Notes under the pieces: generated by a model
The model's input: the letters and a program-made list of their open reading frames with translations, nothing else
The model's database searches: none
Told to the model about the DNA's origin: nothing
NCBI GenBank assembly: GCA_951406725.2
Contig: OX597822.1
Location: 46,624,001 to 46,688,000, forward strand
DNA length: 64,000 nucleotides
Reading direction: 5' to 3'
Origin: Octopus vulgaris
Taxonomy: Eukaryota
Program-made: the position numbers and the translations under genes
Shown here: piece after piece, positions 1-11,804 of the stretch
Numbering within the stretch: the first letter of the stretch is position 1
How the letters are laid out: each line of letters opens with the position of its first letter

Positions 1-262
1 TTTTGCAGCTGGATGCCTTACCTCACTACAGATATTTTACAGTGGGTGCATTTTTTGTGGCAGCTGCACTATACAGATAGCCTTTGCAGCACTCTTTAGC
101 TATGTGTTGTCACTACCTGACAGTATATACAAAAGCATTCAGGAGACACTTTAGAGTCTACTGGATGCCTCTTTATATACATTGTCAAGCAGTACTTTAC
201 ATGGCACCAGCACTGGTGGGGGTTGTCCATATGATGGGTTTGAACAGGTTTATTGTTGTATC

Positions 263-310
<48 letters not shown>

Positions 311-715
311 GTGTATGTGTATCTATGTATATAATAATAGTTTCAAATGTTGGCACATGTGCATATGCATGTATGTAGATGTTTGTGGGTGTGTATCTGG
401 CACTCCCTCACACAAACATGCTACTCAAAACCCTTACACATAGACACACGTGCACACATACTTAAGCACATACATACAGACATACACAAAGAAAATATAT
501 ATATACAGGCTATGTACACATGTAACCCCTCATACACACCTACACATGCACACATTCATGTGCATACCCACAAACATTCTCATTTCAATAAGCACTCTTA
601 TGTAATTGCTCTTGGAATATTCAATGCAGATGCTGCTATTCCATGGTGCAGTGGGAAGCTGTTGAATTGGTTCCTGAAATGAAGAGGGAACAAAGCCTTG
701 TATTGTGCAGGAGCA

Positions 716-1030
716 TCATCATCATTCATTGTCTGTCTTTTATGTTGATATTGTTTGGACAGTTTGACAACATCCAGTGAATGGAGGAAAGCGTTGCACT
801 CCAGTATCAGCTTTGGCATGCTTCCTGTAGTTGGATGTCCTTACTAACACCAACCACTTTACAGTGTGTACTGAGTGCTTTCTTTCACGACACTGGCACT
901 AGTGAGGCCACCAAGTAAGTCACAAGACTAGACCACTTGACTGAGTGGAAGGTCTTATAGAGAATGAGGTAGCTTTATGACAGAAGAACAGAAACAGGTA
1001 TCCTGCGGTAGAGGTGATACTCACCTTGTA
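716..1030 (-). mobile_element. RTE-type 3' tail/3'UTR fragment ending in (ATG)n
   Basis: (CAT)n followed by the degenerate motif ggatgtccttactaacaccaaccact, shared with many copies in the window. Confidence 0.55.
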
Positions 1031-1159
1031 TCTTGAGGATCCAGTCTGATCCCCCTTATTACCACTATCTTTTCTCTTTCCAGTTCCAGCCCACTCATTC
1101 CCCCACTCCTCTCTTCTATAACATGAGTAGCTGTGTAGTTGCCTTACAGCAAGTAACTT

Positions 1160-1372
1160 ATTTACATTTGACAGATATTTGTCCTCATCTTGTTTGTTGT
1201 TAACACAACGTTTCGGCTGATATACTCTCCAGCCTTCATCAGGTGTCTTGGAGAAATTTCTAACCTGGGTTCTCATTCCTAAGGTATTTTTCGATATTAT
1301 TATTAATTATTCAGGTCACTGCTTGAAATCTTGGGGTTAGTAACTCATGCTCTTAACCACTACACCACATAT
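1160..1372 (-). mobile_element. tRNA-headed SINE-like element with a hammerhead-containing (Penelope-like) 3' part
   Basis: The minus strand begins GTGGTGTAGTGGTTAAGAGC (A-box, tRNA D-arm-like), followed by an (AAT)n linker, GGTTAGAAAT (B-box-like) and a hammerhead core. The 10-bp direct repeat caagtaactt at 1150-1159 and 1386-1395 is a candidate TSD. Confidence 0.7.
1202..1247 (-). ncRNA. Minimal type I hammerhead ribozyme motif
   Basis: Minus strand: GACAC-CUGAUGA-A-GGCUGG(AGAGUAUA)UCAGCC-GAAAC-GUU-GUGUU. Stem I is GACAC/GUGUU, stem II is GGCUG/CAGCC, and stem III is the palindromic AACGUU typical of dimer-forming minimal hammerheads. Confidence 0.7.
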
Positions 1373-1599
1373 AGAACTGTATTAACAAGTAACTTTTTCT
1401 GACTTCATCCATCCTCATGGCACAAAGTTACCCCACTTCTTTATTGTAGCACTACTTGGTCAAAGCAGATCTTACTCTTGAGGCTACATGGCAACCTAAC
1501 TAGTGCTGGTGCCAAGAAGAATGCATCCATAGTACATGCTATAAGATGCAATGGTTGTGCATCACTTTATAGCATCCCCAGAGCCTTTAAGATGAAGTG

Positions 1600-1880
1600 T
1601 GTAAAGGGTACATCTACGTGCCACTGGCATGGATGCCATTTGCATGACACTGGTATCTGCCGCAACTGATTTTGCTCGCCTTGATGGATCTTCTTCTCAA
1701 GCATGACATAGTGCCAAAGGTTTTGGTCATTGCCTCCATGAGGCCAAACACTTGAAAGGAGCCCAGCCACTTTGCCCCCGTGAATCTCGACACTTGGAAG
1801 GTGCATTTTACAATGCCACTGGTATGGGTGCCAGTAATGTGACACATGTATTAGCCATGACTGATTTCACTTGGCTCAAC
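1600..1880 (-). mobile_element. RTE LINE ORF end and 3'UTR fragment
   Basis: The minus strand reads HGGNDQNLWHYVMLEKK, homologous to [15 protein letters not shown] at 42000 and to the copies at 43500 and 54230. Confidence 0.6.
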
Positions 1881-1912
1881 ACATAGACACACACATATAT
1901 ACACTCACATAA

Positions 1913-2262
1913 GGTGCATGGATCAGTGGTTAGAGCATTGAGCTTATGATTGTGAGGTTGTGTATTTGATTCCCGGACCAGGCTGCGTGTTGTGTTCTTG
2001 AGCAAGACACTTTATTTCACATTGCTCCAGTTCACTCAGCTGTGGAAATGAGTTGTTATGTCACAGGGTGTATCAGCCTTTGCCTTTCCCTTGGATAACA
2101 TCAGTGGCATAGAGAGGAGAGGCTGGTATGCATGGGCGACTGCTGGTCTTCCATAAAAACAACCCTAGGTTGTGCATTCGCTGGTGAGGCGACTTTCCAT
2201 CCAGACTTGTACCCCAGAGGGGAACCTCTTTGGTGCATTCATGGTCATTTGTGACCAACAGA
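1913..2262 (+). mobile_element. tRNA-derived SINE with CORE-like body
   Basis: A-box ggatcagtggttagagc, B-box-like tttgattccc, then gtgttcttgagcaagacactttatttcacattgctccagttcactcagctgtggaaatgag (CORE-like). Confidence 0.7.
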
Positions 2263-2635
2263 GTCAAGAGAATACACACACACACACATGCACATTATAT
2301 ATATATATATATATATATATATGGAGAGAGAGAGAGAGAGAGAGACGTGTAAATGACTGTGTGTATGCCTTGTCTTGACATCACATGGTAATTGTAAATG
2401 AGTGCCACCATCATTTTCAATATTCTGTCAAAACATGCTTAGTCAAGGTAAAGATGAGCTTGCTTGGAAACAACTAAGGGTTGGTGACAGAAAGAACATC
2501 TGACCACAGAAAATCTACTTCACAAATTCCATCAGATCCATGTAAGCAGAGAAAAGTGGACACCGAACAGCGAAGAAATGCAGGCCTATATTTATACAGA
2601 TATATATTTGTATACATATGCATATACGCGTGTGT

Positions 2636-2672
<37 letters not shown>

Positions 2673-2781
2673 TATCTATACATATGTTTAATGTTTAACT
2701 AGGGTTATTTACTCTACATACAACTAATCTATTCCTAAACATTTCATTATCAGATTATCTCATTAAAGGAGGATAAAATAA

Positions 2782-3015
2782 GTGGTAATGGTGGTGTTGG
2801 TGGTGGTGGTTGCAGCGAGTGCATCTTGTAGTGGTGTAACATATCTTAGTGGTTTGGTGAGGGTAGTGATAGTGGTGGAGATGGGAATGGGAATGGAACC
2901 ATAAGTTGTGTTAGTGGAGGTGGTGATAGTGTTGATGGTGTAGATGCTGGTGGGGGTGGTAGTGATGTAGATTGTGATGGTGATGGTGGTGTGGGTTTTA
3001 TTTGTGGTGGTCATG
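2782..3015 (+). repeat. Degenerate (GGT/GAT)n trinucleotide low-complexity tract
   Basis: Visible ggtggtggt/gatggtg periodicity; produces a Thr-rich spurious ORF on the minus strand. Confidence 0.8.
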
Positions 3016-3688
3016 TCAGAGCCAGCACAGGTGCTATATATGTGGTACTGGTATGGGTGTTTTTATTTGTATTTAAACAAGTGTATATGAATGACTATCA
3101 GCGTTTATAAAATGAGAGAATATCTAAAGCAGGTATAGTTAACCTTTTACTAGCAGCCCACTTTACACTGGCTCATCATCATCATTTAGTGCAATTTTTT
3201 GTTAGGCATGCCATTCAGAAGAGCTGCCCATAACTGAATCTAAATTCTAGATTAAAAAAAAAAATAAAGGGATTGTAATGGCCTTTGTGATATAAAGAAA
3301 TGGCATGGTAAGGTTGTAAGTCTGTCAATGATAAACAAACTGTTAGAATACAGCCAATATATACAGATATATAGTCACCTTACATATACTGAAAAATATA
3401 TACATGTGTGTTTATATATATACACACATACATACATACTCACCCTTAATTCACATTTTTTTCTCTTTACATTATTTTCTTGTACCTTCATTTCATCCTT
3501 TCCTTTTTTGCTCAAAGAGCAGCCATGTTGTATATTCGAGTCTGTGAAATATATGGAAGCAGACATCTTGGTATACAAACTTCTCTGACCATTGTGTTTC
3601 CACAGCATGAAACTGATAGCTAAATCATAAATCCTTTGTATATTAAATGACTTATCTGTCTGTCTGTCTTTCTTTCTCTCTCTCTCTC

Positions 3689-3738
<50 letters not shown>

Positions 3739-3949
3739 GGGCATATATATTTATTAATAGTAATGTTTAGTTTGTGTTTAGCAAGGTTTTTAGATTCAGA
3801 GGAAGCTAGATCCATTATTCTTTCATAAAACAATAAATGTTCTAAGAATTTTGTCATTTTAATTGATAATTATCTCTTTTTGTTTATTTAGAAGTTGTGT
3901 GTCTGAAAGTAAAATTTGAATTGCTTCCTGGTCACATATCAGACATGTC

Positions 3950-4900
3950 TTTCATTCTATCTGAGAATTTTACTGCTTTCCTTTTGTAAGGTGTAGTGAG
4001 TGTTTAAATCTTTTGTAAGGTGTCATGAGTTGCTAGTTGTAGTCAGCCAATGATATTAATTAGGTCAATTGAGAACTTTTGAAGGAGTGCACTTGCATAT
4101 AAAAGTGCTTCTTGAAATTCTTGGCTGTAGATCCAATGTATTCTCTAGTATATGCCATGTAATTACTCAACATTTGTATACAATTTTTTGGAAAGACAGT
4201 TTCTGTTAATGGGCCATCGTAGATATTTTTAAAATTACAGGTTTTGGTACTGGGTGCTCCTGCAGTAATAGCATTGAACATATTAGTATCTAAGATCTGG
4301 TCAAAGGTGGATTTGGATGGCTTTTCACTGTAGAAATGTTCATGGGAAGTGCTAAAATGAGTTTTATGTGAGCGACTAATTGACTGGCTAACATTAGTTA
4401 GATTGTGTGGCGATCATGTAAGGATTGATGTCCATCAAGGGATGTGTCATACTGTGAGTCAGGAACAGTAGTATTTAGTGATAGGTTATTGTGTATTGTT
4501 TAATTGAAACTTATTAGTCCCAGTGATGGCATATGTAAGGATTGGAGTTGCAGAGTAAAATAGCTTAACTGTTTACTTATTAAAAATTTGGTGTGAAGTC
4601 AGAATAGAGAAGAATATTTCAGGTATATTCTGGAGATTATGTGGAATGTTAGACCAGGTAACTTTTCTTTTTATATTTTTTCCTAGTGTGAGTATTGCTG
4701 GTCATGTAGGTACCATTATTACTAATACAATCTCTTGTGTCTGAGTTTATTAGTTTTTATCATAGAGTTTGAGAATTTAGGGCTGTCCACGTCACTAGAA
4801 GAGGTCTTTGTGTGTCTAGGTGCAGAATATTTTCATGTTGATTTGTGTTTACATAGTGTGAACCTAAGTGTGATTATGTGACCTTAGGTTAAGTATATAG
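3950..4900 (-). mobile_element. Degenerate Penelope-like element fragment (linker plus GIY-YIG endonuclease)
   Basis: The minus strand encodes LHQIFNK*TVKLFYSAT (cf. the Penelope linker LHKIFNRNTVKxSYS) and TCNFKN...EYIGSTAKNFKKHFY...HSFK (YIG half of GIY-YIG). Frameshifts and stops are present. Confidence 0.7.
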
Positions 4901-5031
4901 GTAATGCATTAATAGTATAATGTATTACTAATAATATATTTTTGTTAGAGATGCTTTGTTAAGAGCCTCATTGTAATAGAAGGCTGTTGTTAAAGTATGT
5001 GTGTATGTATGCATATATATATACACACATA

Positions 5032-5386
5032 TTGTTGTGGCACTCTCAGTTACGACGAGGGTTCCAGTCGATACAATCAACGTGTAAGTGGCTGAGCACT
5101 TCACAGACACGTGTACCCGTAACATAGTTCTTGGGGAGATTCAGTGTGACACTGTGTTTGACAAGGCTGGCCCTTTGAAATACAGGTACAACAGAAACAG
5201 GAAGAAAGAGTGAAAGTTGTGGTGAATGGGTACAGCAGCATTCGCCACCCCACCCCCTGCTAGAGCCTCATGGAGCTTTAGGTGTTTTCACTCAATAAAC
5301 ACTCACAACACCCAGTCTGGGGATCAAAACCGTGATCAAACAACTGCAAGTCTGCTGCCCTAACCATTGGGCCATTGCACCTCCAC
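5032..5386 (-). mobile_element. tRNA-derived SINE (octopus OR-like), near full length
   Basis: Minus strand gtggaggtgcaatggcccaatggttagggcagc...ggttttgatcccc (A/B boxes), body gtgtttattgagtgaaaacacctaaagctcc, and a tail ending gtgccacaacaa. Confidence 0.75.
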
Positions 5387-6109
5387 ATATATGTATATGC
5401 ATGTGTACTTGTAAGTATATGTATGTATATGTAGAAATATCTGTAAATATATACATAATTTAAATATAGATATATGTTGTGCTGTACGCATATGTTTATT
5501 TGGTTATTTGTTTATCTTTAAATATGTTCTCTTCCAAATGCAAGGTCATGGCCCATTTATCTGTTTATATTAGTGAATGTCTATATCTGTTTTCAATACT
5601 TAATTTCTAAGTCACTTACAGAATTGGTATTCATCCAACGCTGACCACCCAACCCATACCCTTTCCTGTATTGTCTTTGTTTGCCTTTATTCCTTTTCTT
5701 CCTCCTCTCTTTCTATTTCCCAATTCTCTTTCTCTCTTCCCCTCTCTCTTTTGTTTCTCCTTTTACACTCTTTTATATTTTTTTTCACTATTTAAATTTT
5801 TATTTCATATATATATGTATGTATATAAAAATATATTCTTTTACGTCCCTATTCCTCTTGTTTTTCTCTATCTCTTTCCATTTCAACATACTTATAAATA
5901 ATCTTGCCATGTCCCCAGCTAACAAACTTTTGGTTGGTATCAACATAATGTAATAGTGTTGTTTCCCCTAAAGAACTGTTGTAGATCAGCATCCAAATAC
6001 ACTATGAATGCCCACTGCAGAGGATGCAACTAGCCACATTGGCAAAATGTCCATTGAGAGCAAATGATAAAAACTACACTTTTTGTTTATCATACTTTTC
6101 CATATATAG

Positions 6110-6503
6110 GCACACGCTTGGCTGTATGGTAAGAAGCTTGCTTCCCAACTACATGGTTCCGGGTTCAGTCCCACTGTATGGCACCTTGGGCAAGTGTCTT
6201 CTATAGCCTTGGGCAAGTGTCTTCTATAGCCTTGGGCCAACCAAAGCCTTGTGAGTGGATTTGGTAGGCAGAAACTGAAAGAAGCCTGTTGTGTGTATAT
6301 ATATATTTCTGTGTTTATGTTTGTCCCCTCTACGTCACTTGACAATCAATGTTGGTGTGTTGACATCCCCATAACTTAGTGGTTCGGCAAAAGAGACCAA
6401 CAGAATAAGTATTAGGCTTACAAAGAATAAGTTCTGGGGTTGATTTGTTCAACTAAAGGTGGTGCTCCAGCATGGCTGTAGTCAAATGACTGAAACAAGT
6501 AAA
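6110..6503 (+). mobile_element. Most abundant tRNA-SINE family (family A), full copy with a short internal duplication
   Basis: tggctgtatggtaagaagcttgcttcccaac...ggttcagtccc, with ccttgggcaagtgtcttctatag occurring twice, and the tail ggtgctccagcatggc...gactgaaacaagta. Confidence 0.85.
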
Positions 6504-6769
6504 TATATATATAGGCACTGGTGTGGCTGTGTCATTAAGAAGCTTGCCTTGCAGCTGCCTGGTTTCGGGTTCAGATCCACTGTATGGAACATTGGGCAAG
6601 TGTCTTCTACCAATGCCTTGTAAATGGAATTTGAATGATGGAACCTGTAAGGAAGCCAGTCATATAGATGTGTGTGTGTGTGTGTTGCTTGTGTTTAACC
6701 TCATCCTGCTACTTCACAACTTTCTCCAACCAGTTCTTATTCTAGCATATACATTCAGTAATGCCCTTC

Positions 6770-7330
6770 CACTGCTAATTAGGTCTCCTAGGTAACAGAA
6801 AGGGCTTTTTAGAAAATCTGTTTCCATGTTTATTGCCTCCTATACATCTGCCACAAACAAAGCCTGTTCTCTTTGTTAACCTTCCTGTGATTTCATAGCT
6901 TCTCTTATGTGTTCACAGTTTATACTGAGGACACCGTATAGTTTTCTTAATGACACCTTTTCTACACATTGAATACAGTCATTTACTTGAAGGGATTAAT
7001 GTCCTTGTCTGTTTTCCTGCTAAAACTTTGCTAAGTTAAGTTTAAGAACCTTTGATTACAGGTTCTTCTGCTACATACAGAATTTCATTCTGTTATTCAA
7101 GCTTCAGCTATATGAACAAAGTCATCAGTATAGAGGAGTTCCCATGGATAACCATTCTTAATCCCTGTTATGGCCTGTGATAAATAAAAGGGGGACTGAT
7201 AAGCAAAGCTTAGTGAATAATTACCTGCACATTAAATTCATCACCATATTCATTGTTGAAAGGCTTTCATCAGCCATTTCTCTCCTCCTTGCTCTGGCAG
7301 TGACCACCAAATCAGAGAATGAGAGACCCC
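6770..7330 (-). mobile_element. RTE LINE fragment (RT core to zinc-finger region)
   Basis: The minus strand encodes PWELLYTDDFVHIAE (YxDD motif) and SMCRKGV...RCPQYKL*THKRS...FVCGRC, with multiple stops. Confidence 0.8.
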
Positions 7331-8280
7331 ATTGGAGGCTTTCTCCATATTGACAAATGGGTGAATGTAACATGGATGGAGAACACAATATACATAGCAC
7401 TTCCAATGCCACTTACATGGCTGATTCCTTTTGAGAACCTCATATCACCAGACATCCCATTTTTTGTCATCTTCTCTATGAGGCTCAGAGTCCTGAGGTC
7501 AGCCTTCATCATTTCATTCCATGCCTTCCTGAGCCTCTCTTTTCTCTAAGTTTCAACCACATGAAGTGATCAGCACCCTTTTATACAGCTGTTCCCACCC
7601 ATACACATTGCATGTTAATACCAGTATAGTCTTTTTGCACACAGCATTCGATTCCTTTTATGCCCAGCTTTTTACTCAGAAGCTTTGTACTGTGTTTTCC
7701 ATGTACATTAGCATGCTTTCTTCATTTGCAATCTTCTCAAGTTCCCTGCACTCGAATTCTGTCTCACTTCCATGCAGGCATCATTCAATCTGCCCTTCAC
7801 TTTAAGGGGGAAAATATTTGTTGTCAGCAATGTAGTAGCTCCCTGAACTTTTTCCCAACCAGTTCTTCTTCTGGCCACTATACTTTCAGAGCAACCACCT
7901 CCCTTGCTAATTTCACCTTCTAGGTCACAAAAGCTATCAACTACTTCTAGCCAGCCATCAGGGTATATATAACAAACAGACTGCTCTGCTGCATCTATTG
8001 CATATGAAGCTTACATTCTCAGTTACTCTGCCTGTGATTTCACTCGAGTTCTTGTTTCTCCATAGCTTACACTGAATACAGCTTATGGAGTTTATACATA
8101 CTCCTTTGCTGCACATTGAGCAAGACCATTTTCCTGAAGATACCAGAGTCCTGTCTTCTTACCTATTTATTAAAACCTTTGTCTTTGCTAGGTTTTACTT
8201 AAGGCCTTTCAGTTCTTGATTTAGCTCCCATGGCTGGAATTTTGTCTAATTATAAGTTATGGGAACTAGATAATCAGCAT

Positions 8281-8700
8281 AGAGTGGCTGTGTGGTAAGT
8301 AGCTTGCTAACCAACCACATGGTACCGGGTTCAGTCCCACTGCATGGCATCTTGGGCAAGTGTCTTCTGCTATAGCCCCGGGTCGACCAATGCCTTGTGA
8401 GTGGATATGGTAGACGGAAACTGAAAGAAGCCTGTCGTATATATGTATATATATATATATATGTATGTATGTATGTGTGTGTGTTTGTGTGTCTGTTTGT
8501 CCCCCTAGCATTGCTTGACAACCGATGCTGGTGTGTTTACGTCCCCGTCACTTAGTGGTTCGGCAAAAAGAGATCGATAGAATAAGTACTGGGCTTACAA
8601 AGAATAAGTCCTGGGGTCAGTTTGCTCGACTAAAGGCGGTGCTCCAGCATGGCCGCAGTCAAATGACTGAAACAAGTAAAAAGAGAGAAAGAGAGAGAGT
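8281..8700 (+). mobile_element. Family A tRNA-SINE, young full-length copy inserted into the RTE RT domain
   Basis: Intact A/B boxes (gtggctgtgtgg, ggttcagtccc), many retained CpGs, an internal (TA)/(TG) microsatellite and an (AG)n tail. It sits immediately next to the YADD codons of the RTE. Confidence 0.9.
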
Positions 8701-10582
8701 TAGTCTGAAACTCCTAAGATGGTTTGTAGGACTGTGATGAATAGGAGAGGACTGAACCTTGATGGGCTCCTACCTTCATGCTAAATTTGCCACTGAATTC
8801 ATCACCAACTCTCAATTTAATAAATGCATCATTGTACAAAGCTTGCCCCACCCTCATCAGCCATTTACCTACTCTTAGTTTCCTCAGTGGCCATCAGAGT
8901 TTACTGAATGTGGTATGCTGTCAAATGGTTATCCAAATCAACCAAAGCCAAGAACAGCAGTTTATTCTTAGCCAAGTATTTTTCTTGCAACTGCTTCATT
9001 AGGAACATTGCATTGGTGGTGTCTTTTCCAAGGACAAAGCTAAACTGCATGTCATCCAGGTCTATCATGGATCAATATGATTCTCTACATGACCATCACA
9101 GCCTGGTCTAGCGGTTTAATACCTTTATAGTTGTTTCTCTCTAAGGCACCACTTTTGCTCTTGTAGCTTTCCTGCATGACTTGATTAACTATTTAGCTGG
9201 TAATCTTGTACCCTACTTTACCAGATATTTTAAGCATTTCTACAACCATCCCTAATGAACCCAGTAGCTTTCCCTTTCTCTTCATATCCTTGATTGTTTT
9301 ATTTACTACACTACTGTCAATTTGAATTGCCAGTCTTGTTGTAGGGTCAGCATGGGGGTAATTGCTGTTTATCCCATGTGTTCTTCACATTTCACAATAA
9401 CACTTCCATAACAGTTTCTTTAGTTCTATATTGATGGTACATTTAGCTTTCATCATTCTGAATACACTTCTCACCAATGACATCTTGGTTCTCTCACACA
9501 TTGTCTTGCAACCTTGAGCACTTCACCACTCTGATCCTCATGTTTAGGACATGTGTAAATCTCTTCCGTTCTGCCTCACCTTTAACAAAGTACACCTGAT
9601 ACCTAGATGCTCTTCCAGGCTTTCCAAGCCTGGCTCTTAATCTTAATTGCCCTATGAACCTTATTATTCCACTGCCATGTTACTTTTGGCTTGGCTGGGA
9701 TTTTGCCTCAGCCACATATCTGATCTGTAGTCCTAAGTTGGTAATTTCATAGAAATTCTCAGTTTTTGTCTATGCTTTATGTATCTAAATCTTCTACCCT
9801 TTAGTCATATGCATCAGTTTAGAAATTCTCTAAGTCTATTCCTGATTTGTGGATCTTTTAGTTTCTATACTTTCCTTCTCCATACTGATTTTCATTTCTG
9901 TGTCTACCTAGTTCTGACTCTGAAGTCACCAGCCACTAATGAATATTGTGTAATGCATTCTTCACCAGGAAAGGTTTTAATATTCACAGCAACCCTTCTG
10001 TCTGTCCTATTTCCTGGTGAGAATGTAATCTATCTGATGTGTGTGTTCACCAAATTTGTAGATGATGAGGTGGTTAACTAGTTTCTTAAAGTGTGTGTAT
10101 TGCAAGTTCAGTAGCAATACACACTTTAGAAGCTCTACACTCCCTATTTCTTGGGCCATAACCACAGCTTCCATGGGTGTCATAGAGACTATCATTGTGT
10201 TTTGGTCAATGTGTTTGGTGAAGTCACGAGCTGTGATAATGTGGCCACTGTCACTTGTTGGGGTTATCTGCAGAAGAGTATCATAGAAGCAATGCTTTTG
10301 TTCTTCGGGCAGTCCTGTCTGGGGCATATGCTGAGATAAATGTTGCTATTGTGTTGCCCGCAATTAGTTTTAACTGGATTATCCTATCATATATCTTATT
10401 TCAGTTACTTAGTGATTTCATTTCTCAGCTAAGTGTGCCCATCTACCTCTGCCATCACTATTGCTCACCCAGAAAAGTTTGAACTCCAGTCTCTTACCTG
10501 TGAGAAGTTGGACTGAATATCCCATCCTACCACATTCACTTGTCTCTGCTCCAGCCTCTCTGCAATCTCACCAGACCTACCT

Positions 10583-10812
10583 TTAACCCTTTTGTTACCA
10601 ACCCGGCTGAAACCGGTTTTGGCTCTGTAGTACAAATGTCTTGTTTTCATAAGTTTTGAATTAAAATCTTCTACCAAACTTTAGTCACTATTTATGTTCC
10701 TAACACTAGTTGAATGATAACCAATTTATTTTACTAAATTCTTTGTTATATTTAAAATTAACTGAAAGAAACACAGAGCATCTCAAAATAAATATGGTAA
10801 CAAAAGGGTTAA
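10583..10812 (+). mobile_element. TTAA-flanked piggyBac-type MITE (family P1)
   Basis: TTAA|CCCTTTTGTTAC...GTAACAAAAGGG|TTAA terminal inverted repeats. Removing it restores the RTE frame LNISTI-KGRSGE. Homologous copies lie at 30208 and 53754. Confidence 0.88.
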
Positions 10813-11242
10813 TTGTGCTTATGTTTAAAGTTGCTGCCCTAAAGTTATGGAACATAGTCACCTGCCGTATTTCTCTACTATCCCTATTCTTCCAATCCTT
10901 CTAAGTTTATCTCTTCGTTTTTATGGCTTTGTCAACTTCATTTTTCTACCAATATGTCACCTTTGGTCTTGTTGACACTTTTGCACCAGTCATATCTTTC
11001 ATCTGTTGCCTTCAGTAGGTTGACCCAAAGGAACTTCCACTTCTCATCTATATTATAAGTTTCTATTTCTTTATTTTTCTTATCAAATGATTTGACTAGT
11101 ACATCTATAAATTTCTGACTGTTCACTGGATCTTTTAGTTTTCGTAACTCCCTCTTCTGGACAGATTTGCTACCTATATCATATATATATATATATACAC
11201 ACACACACATACACACACACACACACACACACGTGTACATAT

Positions 11243-11581
11243 AGGTGCAGGCGTGACTATGTGGTAAGAAGCTTGCTTCTCAACTACATGGTTCTGGGTT
11301 CAGTCCCACTGCATGGCACCTTGATCAAGTGCCTTTGGTTGCCCGAGGCCTTGTGAGTGAATTTGGTAAATGGAAACTGAAAGAAGCCCGTCATATAATG
11401 TGTGTTTGTATCTGTATTTATTCCCCACCACCCCTTGACAACTGGCATTGGTGTGTTCATGTTCCCCTAACTTACTGGTTTGGCAAAAGAAAAATAAGTC
11501 CTGGAGTTGATTTGTTCATCTAAAATTTTGCAAGGCAGTGCTCCAACATGGCCATAGTCTAACAATGGAGACATGTAAAAG

Positions 11582-11582
<1 letters not shown>
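11243..11582 (+). mobile_element. Family A tRNA-SINE
   Basis: Same head, body and tail as the 8281 copy, with deletions. Confidence 0.8.
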
Positions 11583-11625
<43 letters not shown>

Positions 11626-11804
11626 CAATATATATAGTGAATTGGAATATATAATCCAGGTGTTTACCTTATGAAGCACTTCTAGGGATAGTGATTATCT
11701 GAAAATTGAATTTGTGTGTGTGTGTGTGTACATTGTATATTTGTATGATATATACAATAAAGGGCATATATTGTAGTTTATTTGCATACATAATTTTCTT
11801 TTTT

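Larger units (their letters stand above)
7380..10870 (-). mobile_element. Near full-length degenerate RTE-clade LINE (APE endonuclease plus RT), interrupted by a SINE and a MITE
   Basis: Minus strand, in order: TLNISTIKGRSGEIAERLE (APE N-terminus), SAYAPQTG, THFKK...HQIDYILTRK, MQFSFVLGKDTTNAMF, GAHQGSVL, YADYLV, a Cys-rich finger, and MMKADLRTLSLIEKM (C-terminus). Many frameshifts and stops. Confidence 0.88.

Noticed and set aside
1913-1985. Possible tRNA genes at SINE heads (also 5310-5386, 8281-8345, 56200-56274)
   Set aside because: A/B boxes are present, but no clean cloverleaf is apparent and each continues into a SINE body.
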